DNA of 64,000 nt from an uncultured delta proteobacterium. GTDB lineage: Bacteria; Desulfobacterota; Desulfuromonadia; Desulfuromonadales; JACZKF01. The stretch's first letter is position 1; each line of letters starts with the position of its first letter. Shown here one piece after another: positions 1 to 9,655 of this stretch. The notes beneath the pieces were generated by a model. That model was not told where the DNA came from, made no database searches, and saw only the letters and a program-made list of their open reading frames with translations. The stretch is taken from the NCBI GenBank assembly GCA_963816395.1, contig CAWFKQ010000005.1, positions 463,648 to 527,647 on the forward strand, in the 5' to 3' direction. Position numbers and translations under genes: made by a program.

Positions 1-252
1 GCTGCGCCCCAGGCCAAAACCGGTCAGGTCGGGAATGACGATCTCCCGGTCATTACCGACAATGACATACCTGACCGCCCCGAGACGGTCGATGATCACC
101 CCCACCTGCCGGTGCAGATCATGGGAACGCTCGACCATATACCGGGCCAACTCAGGGGAAATCGCCTGAGAAGGGCTCATCCGGCGCCGGAAAATACGTT
201 CAAGTGCCTGAATCTGGCTGGCTTTAAGGCCTGTAGTGTTGCCGTGGATCAC
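1..252 (-). CDS. hflX: GTPase HflX, N-terminal part (runs off the window)
   Basis: Manual minus-strand translation from GTG at 252 gives (M)IHGNTTGLKASQIQALERIFRRRMSPSQAISPELARYMVERSHDLHRQVGVIIDRLGAVRYVIVGNDREIVIPDLTGFGLGRS, matching the N-terminal extension of deltaproteobacterial HflX. Not in the ORF track because there is no stop in the window. Confidence 0.75.
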   Translation of the reverse strand, partial: MIHGNTTGLKASQIQALERIFRRRMSPSQAISPELARYMVERSHDLHRQVGVIIDRLGAVRYVIVGNDREIVIPDLTGFGLGRS

Positions 253-309
253 GGGAGGGAAGAGGCCGGAAACTCGGACAGAGCCTCCGGAGGAATGAGG
301 GAGGCCAGC

Positions 310-1077
310 TCAGGCCCCCTGGATGTTGTAGCCGGCATCGACGAAATGGATTTCTCCCGTCACCCCGCTGGCCAGGTCGGAGAGCAGGTAAAGGGCCGAT
401 TTTCCGACTTCTTCCTGGGAAACGCAGCGGTGCAGCGGCGCCCGCTCGTCCATCAGCTTGAGTTTTTCCCGGAAATTGGCGATGCCGGAAGCGGCCAGCG
501 TCTTGATCGGTCCAGCGGAAATGGCGTTTACCCTGATCCCCTGCTGGCCGACTTCGGCCGCCAGATAGCGGACGGAAGCCTCCAGGGCCGCCTTAGCCAC
601 CCCCATGACGTTGTAGTTGGGGATCACCCGACTGGCCCCGAGATAGGTCAGGGCGACGATGCTGCCGCCCTTCTTCATCAAGGGGGCGGCGCCGCGCGCC
701 ATTGCCACCAGGGAATAGGCACTGATATCCAACGCCAGATGAAAACCGTCGCGGGAGGTCTGGCTGAAAGACTTCTTCAGATCCTCGCGGTTGGCGAAGG
801 CGACCGCGTGCACGACGAAGTCAATCTCCCCCCACTTCTCTCCGGCGGTTTTGAACACCGCATCGATCTCCTCGTCACTGGCCACATCGCAGGGGAGGAT
901 CAGCTCGGCGCCGACGCTTTCCGCCAGGGGGCGGACCCGCTTCTCCAGAGCTTCGTTGAGATAAGTAAAGGCCAGTGTAGCCCCATGCGCGTTGAGCTCC
1001 TGGGCGATCCCCCAGGCGATGCTCATTTCATTCGCCACCCCGAAAATGATGCCGCGTTTGCCTGACATCAGACCCAT
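310..1077 (-). CDS. fabI: Enoyl-ACP reductase (NADH)
   Basis: GVANEMSIAWGIA, YNVMGVAKAALE (YxxMxxxK) and RVNAISAGPIKTLAASGI motifs; GGAGG RBS. Confidence 0.96.
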   Translation of the reverse strand: MGLMSGKRGIIFGVANEMSIAWGIAQELNAHGATLAFTYLNEALEKRVRPLAESVGAELILPCDVASDEEIDAVFKTAGEKWGEIDFVVHAVAFANREDLKKSFSQTSRDGFHLALDISAYSLVAMARGAAPLMKKGGSIVALTYLGASRVIPNYNVMGVAKAALEASVRYLAAEVGQQGIRVNAISAGPIKTLAASGIANFREKLKLMDERAPLHRCVSQEEVGKSALYLLSDLASGVTGEIHFVDAGYNIQGA

Positions 1078-1115
1078 TGAATACTTCCTCCTTTAATCCG
1101 AGTGAATAGGATCTT

Positions 1116-1952
1116 TTAGCAGATCAGACCCGACAAAGCAAGAAATTTGCCGGCCGGCGGCTCACTTGGCGACCGGAGCGCAGGGGCGGCGGCGGTGGGA
1201 TCAATGAGCTTCAGCAGGTCGTCGGCACTCTTATAGCCGGGCACCACCAAGCCGTTGGGGAGGATCAGGGTTGGGGTTGAGTGGATGCCGAGCTCCTGGG
1301 CCAGGGCGATATTCTCATCCACCACCTTGGTCTCGCACAGGGGCGGCGGCACCGTTTTGCCGGCAAAGCTCTGCTCCAGCAGGTCCAGCGATTTGGTGCA
1401 GACGATGCTCTTGGCCGCGGAGTAGGCATTGGGATGCATTTTCAGGGGAAACATCTTGATCAGAAAGGCGACATTGGGATCGCGTTTTACCACTTCCTTG
1501 AGCTCCCCATGCAGGCGCTTGCAATAGGGGCACTCGGGATCGGTGAAGACGATCACCTTGGTCTTCGCCTTGCTGTTGCCCACCAGCAGGGTGTCTTCCA
1601 GCGGGATTTTTGCCGGATCGACCCGGTTCAGCTCGGCAAGGCGCTGGCTGGTGATATTCTGGTGGTCGGCGAGGCGGATGATGTTGCCGGTAAAGACGTA
1701 TTTCTTGGAATAATCGATATAGAGGGGAAACTTCTGGCTGTTTTTCTCCACCTCAACCGCCCACAGGCCGGGAACCTGCGACGACTCGACCTTGATGACC
1801 CGATCGACCCCTCCCTTAAGTAGATCGCCAGCTTCGGTCACCGTCAGCTTATGGCAGTCGCTGCATTTTCTGCTGTCGCCGGCGACCGGCGCAAAGGCAT
1901 AGCTGCTCACCACCGTGGACAGCAAAATAAACAGGGAAATCAAAATCTTCAT
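1116..1952 (-). CDS. dsbC: DsbC-family thiol:disulfide isomerase with an N-terminal CxxCH motif
   Basis: Signal peptide, DsbC N-domain (LYIDYSKKYVFTG), FTDPECPYC active site, STPT cis-Pro loop; extra CSDCH. Confidence 0.85.
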   Translation of the reverse strand: MKILISLFILLSTVVSSYAFAPVAGDSRKCSDCHKLTVTEAGDLLKGGVDRVIKVESSQVPGLWAVEVEKNSQKFPLYIDYSKKYVFTGNIIRLADHQNITSQRLAELNRVDPAKIPLEDTLLVGNSKAKTKVIVFTDPECPYCKRLHGELKEVVKRDPNVAFLIKMFPLKMHPNAYSAAKSIVCTKSLDLLEQSFAGKTVPPPLCETKVVDENIALAQELGIHSTPTLILPNGLVVPGYKSADDLLKLIDPTAAAPALRSPSEPPAGKFLALSGLIC

Positions 1953-2054
1953 CGCTCATTCCTCTCTGGCATTGGGATCGCGTCGGGTCACCAATGCTAT
2001 ACCCGTTAACGCCCTTTTGGCAAGCCTGATTGGGACCTAACCGGAAGGGAATTG

Positions 2055-2083
2055 TTGACAGGGCATAAACGCCCTTCTAAGAT
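2055..2083 (+). promoter_or_regulatory. sigma70-type promoter for mntP
   Basis: TTGACA (2055-2060), 17 bp spacer, TAAGAT (2078-2083). Confidence 0.7.
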
Positions 2084-2140
2084 GCCACTCCGCTCACCGA
2101 ACCGGATTGACCGGCGGCACAGCGGCACGAGATCGGTACA

Positions 2141-2704
2141 ATGGATTGGATTTCTCTTCTCGGCATTGCCGTCGCCCTGGCCATGGATGCCTTCGCCGTG
2201 GCGCTGGCGGCGGGGCTGACCATCGATCCGCTGACCGGCCGCCAGGTTTTCCGGCTGGGTTTTCATTTCGGCCTGTTTCAGGCGGGAATGCCGGTACTCG
2301 GCTGGCTGGCCGGCCTTTCGGTGCAACGCTGGATAGCCAGCTATGATCATTGGCTGGCTTTCGCTCTGCTCTCTCTGATCGGCGGCAGAATGATTTACGA
2401 GGCATTGCGGGGTGGGGAGGAAAGGACGAAGGATGATCCCACGCGCGGCTGGAGCCTGGTTCTGCTCTCCGTCGCCACCAGCATCGATGCGCTGGCGGTG
2501 GGGCTATCGCTCGCCATGCTCGGCCTCAGCATCTGGCTGCCGGCTGCCGTAATCGGCGGCGTCTGCGTTATCTTCACAGTCACCGGCATGCTGCTCGGCC
2601 GCCGGATCAGCTCCCTATGGGGTACCCGGGTCGAGATTTTCGGCGGCCTGGTCCTCATCGCCATCGGCATCAAGATCGTCCTGCAGCATACTGTTCTGCC
2701 ATAA
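2141..2704 (+). CDS. mntP: Manganese efflux pump MntP
   Basis: ALAMDAFAV and ATSIDALAVG motifs; about six TM segments. Confidence 0.92.
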   Translation: MDWISLLGIAVALAMDAFAVALAAGLTIDPLTGRQVFRLGFHFGLFQAGMPVLGWLAGLSVQRWIASYDHWLAFALLSLIGGRMIYEALRGGEERTKDDPTRGWSLVLLSVATSIDALAVGLSLAMLGLSIWLPAAVIGGVCVIFTVTGMLLGRRISSLWGTRVEIFGGLVLIAIGIKIVLQHTVLP

Positions 2705-2712
2705 ACGGCCAA

Positions 2713-2967
2713 TCAGTGATGCCGCAGGGCATCGATCAAATCGGACTTGTCCATCTTCGAGCGCCCTTCGATCCCCACCTCTTTTGCCTTTTGATACAGG
2801 TCATTTTTCGTCCAGTCCTCATATTTCGCTGCCCGGCCGCCCTTCCTGCCGGCTTCCCGGCGGTCGGTATTGGCGATTCGCGCCGCCTTTTCCTTACTCA
2901 TCCCCTGCCCCCGAAGGGCTTCGTACTGCTCATCGTCCTTTATCTGCGGTCCGTGGTCCTTAGCCAT
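2713..2967 (-). CDS. Small stress-associated protein with Rho N-terminal-like domain
   Basis: IKDDEQYEALR-GMSKEKAARIAN followed by YEDWTKNDLY-AKEVGIEGRSKMDKSDLIDALR; AGGAG RBS. Confidence 0.75.
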   Translation of the reverse strand: MAKDHGPQIKDDEQYEALRGQGMSKEKAARIANTDRREAGRKGGRAAKYEDWTKNDLYQKAKEVGIEGRSKMDKSDLIDALRHH

Positions 2968-3090
2968 CGGTTTCTCCTTTCTTTATCTTTTCCCGAGGAA
3001 AAACCCGTCAGCCGGGTCCTTCTCTGCAACTGAGACATCTGCCGCGTGGCTCGGTCTTGGCGAATGGGGGCCGGCATCCGCGCTGGCTCG

Positions 3091-3498
3091 TCAGGGACGC
3101 CACGTCCACCATTCGTTGGGCCAACCGTAGGGCGGGCCGCCATACCAGTACCCCGGACCGCCCGGCGTCCAGAAGGTGGTGTCCTGGAGATACTGGTTGC
3201 GGCGCACGGCATCCAGATAGGTCTGCTGCATGTAGTTGATCACATTATCCGGTACCCCCTGGTCGCGCAGGTCGGCCAGCTTGCTCGCATCCAGCCGATA
3301 AATAGTCTCCGACTTGCGCATCTTCTCCAGTATCTGATCGGCGGGAATACCGGCGCGGCTCATCTGTATCACCTCCTCCACGGTGACCGGGTGGGAAGCG
3401 GGCTCTCGCATGCCGGCGCAGGCCGTCAGAAAGACGATCATGAGCATGGCACCGACAGCCGGTGCTTTTCCCAACGAAAGACACCGCAGCCCGGACAT
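3091..3498 (-). CDS. Hypothetical lipoprotein with G/P/Y/W-rich tail
   Basis: Lipobox LTAC; helical domain VTVEEVIQMSRAG...DLRDQGV. Confidence 0.65.
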   Translation of the reverse strand: MSGLRCLSLGKAPAVGAMLMIVFLTACAGMREPASHPVTVEEVIQMSRAGIPADQILEKMRKSETIYRLDASKLADLRDQGVPDNVINYMQQTYLDAVRRNQYLQDTTFWTPGGPGYWYGGPPYGWPNEWWTWRP

Positions 3499-3593
3499 AA
3501 GCCCTCCTTTATCAGCGTTTACAGTGATTCTGCCGGAAAAATCTCCGGATGCAAGGCGGCCACGCGAAAGTGAGGTGTGAGGCAGAAATCGGT

Positions 3594-4097
3594 TTATGGT
3601 GAGTGTCGGCGGCGATAAAGAACATGCCGGAAGTCAGGAAATTGGCATGATTCCATCTCTTCCCATTCCCCCCTGTCCCAGGCAGGAAAGTGCTCCTCCC
3701 CCGGATAATCCCCGGCAATCCAGGAGATGCGCAGAGAATCGGCAATGGGCAGAGCCTGGGTATAGATGCTGCGGCCACCGATGAAAAAGAGCTTCTCCGC
3801 ACCGGCCGCCTGCGCCAGGGCCTCGGCGAAGCTGCGGCAGATCTCGATACCGGGAGCGGGTCCGAGGGACCGGCTGACCACCAGATTGCGCCGGTTCGGC
3901 AGCGGCCGACCGATCGATTCAAAGGTCCTGCGCCCCATGAGCAGCGGGTGGCCAACGGTCAATTGCCGGAAAAGCCGCAGCTCCGCGGGCAGATGCCAGG
4001 GGATGGCGCCCTCGCGGCCAATCACCTGCGCTTCCGTCATCGCCACGAGAATGATTTTTTTCTGCATTTGCTCCATGCGGTTACTGTTCCGCAACAT
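3594..4097 (-). CDS. folA: Dihydrofolate reductase
   Basis: IG-EGAIPWHLPAEL, MGRRTFESIGRPLPNRRN, IGG motifs. The true start is probably one of the downstream ATGs. Confidence 0.92.
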   Translation of the reverse strand: MLRNSNRMEQMQKKIILVAMTEAQVIGREGAIPWHLPAELRLFRQLTVGHPLLMGRRTFESIGRPLPNRRNLVVSRSLGPAPGIEICRSFAEALAQAAGAEKLFFIGGRSIYTQALPIADSLRISWIAGDYPGEEHFPAWDRGEWEEMESCQFPDFRHVLYRRRHSP

Positions 4098-4118
4098 TTC
4101 TCCACGGTTCTGCGGTCC

Positions 4119-5939
4119 TTATCCCAGCATTTCCCGCCGGCGCTCATCTTCCCGCCGCAAGTGCCGTCGCCGTTCCCTTTCCCGCCTCTCGGGACCGGTG
4201 TAGGCCTGTGCCTGGCGCTGCACCAGGAGGGCGTAATAGCCCCCCGCAGCCAGGAGTTCCTCGTGCCGCCCCGACTCGAGAATCCGGCCGTCCTTGAGAA
4301 CGACGATGCGATCGGCGTTCACCACGGTGGAGAGGCGATGGGCAATGACGAAGGTGGTGCGCCCAAGGATCAGCCTCTCCAGTGCCTCCTGCACCTGCGC
4401 CTCCAGTTCCACATCGAGGGCAGAAGTAGCCTCGTCAAGGATGAGGATCGGCGGGTCCTTCAGCAGGGCCCGGGCAATGGCGATGCGCTGCCGCTCGCCG
4501 CCGGAGAGTCGACTGCCGCGCTCCCCGACTTCCGTATCGTACCCTTTTTCCAGGGCCATGATGAAGTCGTGGGCATTGGCGGCCCGCGCCGCCGCCTCGA
4601 TCTCCTCGCGGCTCGCCTCGGGACGGCCGTAGGCGATGTTGTCGCGCACCGGCTCATTAAACAACAGGGCGTCCTGCAGCACCACCCCGATATGCCGCCG
4701 CATGCTCATCTGCCGCAGGCCGCGCAAGTCCCTGCCGTCCAGGCGGATGACACCGCGGGTCGGATCATAGAACCGCTGCAGCAGGGCCATCATGGTGCTC
4801 TTGCCGGCGCCGCTGGGGCCGACTATGGCGATCATCTCTCCCGGCTGCACTCGCAGATCGATGCCGCGCAGGATGACATTCCCGGTCGCACCGTAGGCGA
4901 AGTGCACGTCCTCGAACTCCACCTCGCCACGCAGCGCGGTCACCTCCCGAGCATCCGGGGCATCGCCGATGTGCTCCTGGGTGTCGAGGATGGCAAAGAT
5001 CTGGTCGAGAGAGACGCTGGCGGTGCGCAAAGTTTTATAGATCCCGGTCAACCCCTGCACCGGCCCGAACAGGCCACCGACGTAACCGAGAAAAGCCACC
5101 AGGGTGCCGAGGGTCGCCTCGCCGTGCAGGATAAGCAGCCCACCGGCAGCGATAGCGGCCAGGCGGGCCGCGGTAACAGCGACATTCTGCAGGGCGCCGA
5201 CGCTCGAATCGAAGCCGATACCGCGGACCACCACCCGGTTCGCATCCTCCACATCCCGGAGGAAGCGGCGTTTTTCAGCGTCCTCCATGGCGAAGCTGCG
5301 CACCGTCACGATCCCCGAAAGAATTTCGTTGAAACGGGCATAGATGCGGGCCCATTTATCCATCAGGAACTGCTCGCGGCGCGTCTGGTTCGGGGCCGCG
5401 AAAGCGGCGACCGCCGCCGGCAGCGGGGCGAATGCAAGCACCAGCACGGTCAGGCGCCAGTCAAGGCGCAGCATGACGACGATCGCCAGGACCAGATAAG
5501 CGAGGGCCGGCAGGACGTTGAAAGAGATCTCGCTGATCGCCCCGATGAACCCCTGGATACCCCGTTCGAGACGGGTCATGATCGCCCCCACTCCCTCCCG
5601 TCGATGGATATCATGCGGCAGCCGGTGCAGTTTCTCCACCGTGGCGTCGAGCAGGGCATAATGAATACCGATGCGCGTTCGCCAGGAGAGCCAGTTGGAA
5701 AAGCCGCCGCCGATTTCCCGGAACACGGCCAGCCCGACCAGCAGCAGCACTCCCGTCAACAGCGCCCGCAGCGTGCCGTTCCCACCCAGCCGGTCGAAGA
5801 TATATTTCATCACCAGCGGCTCCAGGGCGTTGGCCGCCGCCACCACAAAGGTGATGAACAGAATCAGCACCACCAGCCTGCGGTGCGGCCGGGCAAAAGC
5901 CATCGCCCGACGCAGGCGGGAAGGTCCTCCGGTCTGCAT
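4119..5939 (-). CDS. ABC exporter, fused permease/ATP-binding (MsbA-like)
   Basis: N-terminal TMD; Walker A GPSGAGKST, LSGGERQR signature, ILILDEATSALD, IAHRLST. Confidence 0.93.
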   Translation of the reverse strand: MQTGGPSRLRRAMAFARPHRRLVVLILFITFVVAAANALEPLVMKYIFDRLGGNGTLRALLTGVLLLVGLAVFREIGGGFSNWLSWRTRIGIHYALLDATVEKLHRLPHDIHRREGVGAIMTRLERGIQGFIGAISEISFNVLPALAYLVLAIVVMLRLDWRLTVLVLAFAPLPAAVAAFAAPNQTRREQFLMDKWARIYARFNEILSGIVTVRSFAMEDAEKRRFLRDVEDANRVVVRGIGFDSSVGALQNVAVTAARLAAIAAGGLLILHGEATLGTLVAFLGYVGGLFGPVQGLTGIYKTLRTASVSLDQIFAILDTQEHIGDAPDAREVTALRGEVEFEDVHFAYGATGNVILRGIDLRVQPGEMIAIVGPSGAGKSTMMALLQRFYDPTRGVIRLDGRDLRGLRQMSMRRHIGVVLQDALLFNEPVRDNIAYGRPEASREEIEAAARAANAHDFIMALEKGYDTEVGERGSRLSGGERQRIAIARALLKDPPILILDEATSALDVELEAQVQEALERLILGRTTFVIAHRLSTVVNADRIVVLKDGRILESGRHEELLAAGGYYALLVQRQAQAYTGPERRERERRRHLRREDERRREMLG

Positions 5940-6122
5940 CGGCTACTCCTCGCGGATACGCACTTTCTGGGATTATAGACGAGGCCGGCAGCGCGGGCCA
6001 GCAGTTACCGGCGAGGAGGCCGCTGTGCAGCAGGAGCGATACTTTCAGCCCGGTTTTTGTCCAACCAAAGTTCGGGTAGAAAAAACAAGCGGATAGGCAG
6101 GTTTAAAATCCAACCGACGGCC

Positions 6123-6151
6123 TTGACATCCGCCTCAGCCAGCACCATAAT
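6123..6151 (+). promoter_or_regulatory. sigma70-type promoter of the asnB-like operon
   Basis: TTGACA (6123-6128), 17 bp spacer, CATAAT (6146-6151), about 45 nt before the ATG. Confidence 0.75.
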
Positions 6152-6195
6152 TAAACCCGAAAATTAAATTACTTTAATTCATTGGGATAACTTCC

Positions 6196-8243
6196 ATGTG
6201 TGGCATAGCCGGCATACTCAACCTGGAAAACGCCTCCCCCGTTGCGGAAGACCTGCTGTTGCGGATGGTTTCCATCCTCCGCCACCGCGGACCGGATGAG
6301 TCGGGAATTTATCTGGAGCCTCAGATCGGCCTCGGCCAGGCCCGGCTGAGCATCATCGGCCTGGACGGCGGCACCCAGCCGATCGGCAATGAGGATGGCT
6401 CGCTCTGGATCGTCTACAACGGTGAGGCCTTCAACTACCTGGAACTCAGGGAAGAGCTCCGCCGCCGGGGACATCGCTTCGCTACCGAGACCGACACCGA
6501 AGTGGTCCTCCACCTCTATGAGGAATGGGGGCCACGCTGTCTGGAGCGGATCAACGGCCAATTCGCCCTGGCCATCTGGGACGCCGATAAGCGGGAGCTC
6601 TTCCTGGCGCGCGACCGGGTCGGCATCCGCCCCCTCTATTTTACCCGCGCCGGCGGCTGCTTGCTGTTCGCCTCGGAGATCAAGGCGCTCTTCCTGCACC
6701 CGGAGGTCCGTCGGGAAATTGATCTGCAGAGCCTGGCGCAGGTATTTACCTTCTGGACCACCCTTACGCCGAGGACGGTCTTCCGCGGCGTGCAGGAGGT
6801 CCCGCCAGGCCATTACCTGCGCATCCGCGACGGCCGCCTGACCGAAAAGGCCTGGTGGCAGCTCCCCTATTCCCCCCCGGCGGAGCGCCGGCCGGGCACC
6901 CTGCCCGAGGCGCGGGAGGAACTCGCCGCCCTGCTGGCCGATTCGGTGCGCCTGCGCCTGCGCGCCGATGTTCCGGTCGGTGCTTACCTCAGCGGCGGCC
7001 TTGATTCTTCCATTCTCTCCACCCTGGCTGCCGATGCCCTGGGCGAAAACGGTCTGCGCACCTTCTCCCTGCGTTTTGCCGAGAGTGCCTTTGACGAGAC
7101 CCCTTTCCAGCAGGAGATGGTGCGTTTTCTCGGCACCGACCACCGCGAACTCCAGGTGGCCGGCGCGGACCTCGGCCGGCACTCTGGCCGAAGTGGCCTG
7201 GCACTGTGAAAAACCGCTGCTGCGCACCAGCCCGATCCCCCTCTTCCTGCTTTCCCGGCTGGTGCGGGACAGCGGCCTGAAGGTGGTGCTCACCGGCGAG
7301 GGAGCGGACGAGATCTTCGGCGGCTACAACATCTTCAAGGAAGCTAAAGTCCGCCATTACTGGTCCCGTCGGCCGCAATCCTTGCGCCGCCCCCGGCTGC
7401 TCGAGCGGCTTTATCCCTACGTATTCCGGAATCCGGGACGGGAGCGCTATTTCCTGCAGAAATTTTTTTCCGTGCAGCCCGGCCGGGAGGACGGACCCCT
7501 GCTTCTCCCATCAGATCCGCTGGGCCGAGGGCCGGCGTCTGCTGCACTTCTTCTCCCCCGCTGCCGCCGCCGCCCTGAACGGGTATGATCCTCTCGTCGA
7601 GCTGCCTCCCCTGCTGCCGCCGGATTTCGCCGACCGCGACCTGCTCTCCCGCGCCCAGTGGCTGGAGATGAATATTTTCCTCAGCAACTATCTCCTCTCC
7701 AGTCAGGGGGACCGAGTGGCTATGGCTCATTCACTGGAGCTGCGGCATCCTTTCCTCGACTACCGGGTGATCGATTTTGCCCTGCGCCTGCCCGCCTCCT
7801 GGAAATTGCGGGCCTTGCAGGAGAAATATCTTTTGAAATCGACCTTCCACCGCCGGCTGCCGAAGAGTGTGGTGCAGCGGCCGAAGCAGCCATACCGGGC
7901 GCCGATCCGCGAGCTCTTCCTGGATTGCGGGGGCGACTCCCTCCTCGGCCAGGTCTTAAGTCAGGAGGCGCTGCGTGATGCGGGGCTGTTTAATCCAGCC
8001 AAGGTCGACCAACTGCTGCGGCGCCTCCGGGAAGGGACTCCGGGATCGTCTGAATGGCAGAACATGGCGCTGGTCGGCATCGCCACCAGTCAACTGCTCC
8101 ATCATCAGTTTATCCGCGGAGCATCTCTGCCGGCCGAGCCGCCAGCAGCTGCGGATCTGATTGTACGCCGGCCGGCGTCCGGCTCCCGGGACGCGGTCGG
8201 GCCGGAAGTCTTTTCCCCAAGGGAGGTAAGGAAAACAGGATGA
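6196..8243 (+). CDS. asnB: Asparagine synthase (glutamine-hydrolysing)-like amidotransferase, frameshifted in the assembly
   Basis: MCGIAG N-terminal Cys, HRGPD, YNGE, LSGGLDSS, LTGEGADE, GDRVAMAHSLELRHPFLD across ORFs 6196-7209, 6968-7588 and 7668-8243. Confidence 0.88.
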
Positions 8244-9277
8244 ATGAAGCTCAGGTAGCAGCAAGGACTATCTTTTCAGCCGAGGCGCTCCGCCTCGACC
8301 CGGCCCGTGAAAGCGAAATGATCTGTGCCAGACTGCGGGCACTGCTGGCCGCTCCGCTGCACCGGCGGGGAGTGGTGATCGGCCTCTCCGGCGGCATCGA
8401 CAGCAGCGTCACCGCCGCCCTGGCGGCCCGGGCAGTAGGGCCGCAGCGGGTGCTCGCCCTGCAGATGCCGGAGCGCCACTCGGCACCCGAAACCCTCTGG
8501 CTCAGCCGCCTGGCAGCGGATCATCTGGGGATCCGCCACCTGCACGAGGACATTACCGGAATCCTGGAGGCCGTTGGTTTCTACCGCCGCTATGCCGAAG
8601 CGGTACGCCAGGTCATTCCCGAATACGGCGACGGCTGGACCTCGAAGATCATCTCCGACCCCTCGGCCGGCGGCTTTCATCTCTTCTCCCTGGTTGCCCG
8701 ACGGCCCGACGGATCACTGTTGACCCGGCGCCTGCCGCTCCGCGCCTATCTGGAGATCGTCGCCGCCACCAATTTCAAGCAGCGGATCCGAAAAATGCTC
8801 GAATACTATCATGCCGATCGCCTGAATTATGCCGTCGCCGGAACTCCCAATCGCCTGGAGTACGACCAGGGATTCTTCGTCAAGCTCGGCGACGGGGCGG
8901 CCGACATCAAACCGATCGCCCATCTGTACAAATCGCAGGTTTACCAGTTGGCAAGCTACCTCGGGATCCCCGAGGAAATCATCCGACGGCCGCCCACCAC
9001 CGACACCTATTCACTGCCCCAGGGGCAGGACGAATTCTATTTCACCCTGCCCCTGGCCAAACTCGATCTTTGTCTTTACGGCCTGAATCACGGCGTGCCG
9101 GCAGCTGACGTGGCGGCGGCGGGCGGTCTGGAGCCTCCGGAGGTGGAAGCCGTTTTTCGGGAAATCGAGGCAAAGCGTGCCGCCACGCGCTACCAGCATC
9201 TGTCGCCGCTGCTGGTGGAGGAGATCGCCGAAATCGGCGGCAATTCCCCGTTTGCTGCCGCCATCCCGTGTGCCTGA
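8240..9277 (+). CDS. NH3-dependent NAD+ synthase-like (NadE-like) ATP pyrophosphatase
   Basis: ATGA overlap with the asnB stop; GLSGGIDSS PP-loop, NFKQRIRK, GTPNRLE, FFVKLGDG. No glutaminase domain. Confidence 0.85.
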   Translation: MNEAQVAARTIFSAEALRLDPARESEMICARLRALLAAPLHRRGVVIGLSGGIDSSVTAALAARAVGPQRVLALQMPERHSAPETLWLSRLAADHLGIRHLHEDITGILEAVGFYRRYAEAVRQVIPEYGDGWTSKIISDPSAGGFHLFSLVARRPDGSLLTRRLPLRAYLEIVAATNFKQRIRKMLEYYHADRLNYAVAGTPNRLEYDQGFFVKLGDGAADIKPIAHLYKSQVYQLASYLGIPEEIIRRPPTTDTYSLPQGQDEFYFTLPLAKLDLCLYGLNHGVPAADVAAAGGLEPPEVEAVFREIEAKRAATRYQHLSPLLVEEIAEIGGNSPFAAAIPCA

Positions 9278-9320
9278 AATATTTTCCCGGCGGTTTTCGC
9301 CGGAAGAAAGGAATCAATTT

Positions 9321-9602
9321 ATGAACGACATCAAGGGCAGGATCAGGGCATTCATTGTGGACAATTTCCTCTTCGGCGATGACGCCGGTCTGAGGGAGGA
9401 ATCCTCCTTCCTCGAGGAGGGAATAATCGACTCGACGGGGGTTCTTGAACTGGTTACCTTTATCGAGGAGGAGTTCGAACTGACCATCCTTGACGAAGAA
9501 TTGATACCGGAGAACTTCGATTCCATTAACCGGGTTGCGCGCTTTTTACAGGAAAAACAGCGGGAGGCACTAGACGTACGGCCCCTGCCGGCGACGATGT
9601 AG
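9321..9602 (+). CDS. Acyl/peptidyl carrier protein
   Basis: Small acidic protein with GIIDSTGVLELV phosphopantetheine Ser motif and ENFDSI. Confidence 0.88.
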   Translation: MNDIKGRIRAFIVDNFLFGDDAGLREESSFLEEGIIDSTGVLELVTFIEEEFELTILDEELIPENFDSINRVARFLQEKQREALDVRPLPATM

Positions 9603-9655
9603 GCAAGGTATGCCGAAGTACGGATCGCGTTTTCAACCCAAAGGAGAGATGAACC

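Noticed and set aside
2084..2140. yybP-ykoY manganese riboswitch upstream of mntP
   Set aside because: The leader after the predicted promoter is only about 50 nt and lacks the recognisable motif.
3690..5978. 762-aa plus-strand ORF
   Set aside because: Antisense shadow of the ABC exporter and folA in GC-rich DNA; no motifs.
6196..8243. Lasso-peptide cyclase interpretation of the AsnB-like gene
   Set aside because: It has an intact glutaminase domain with N-terminal Cys, and no precursor, B protease or PqqD/RRE gene nearby.
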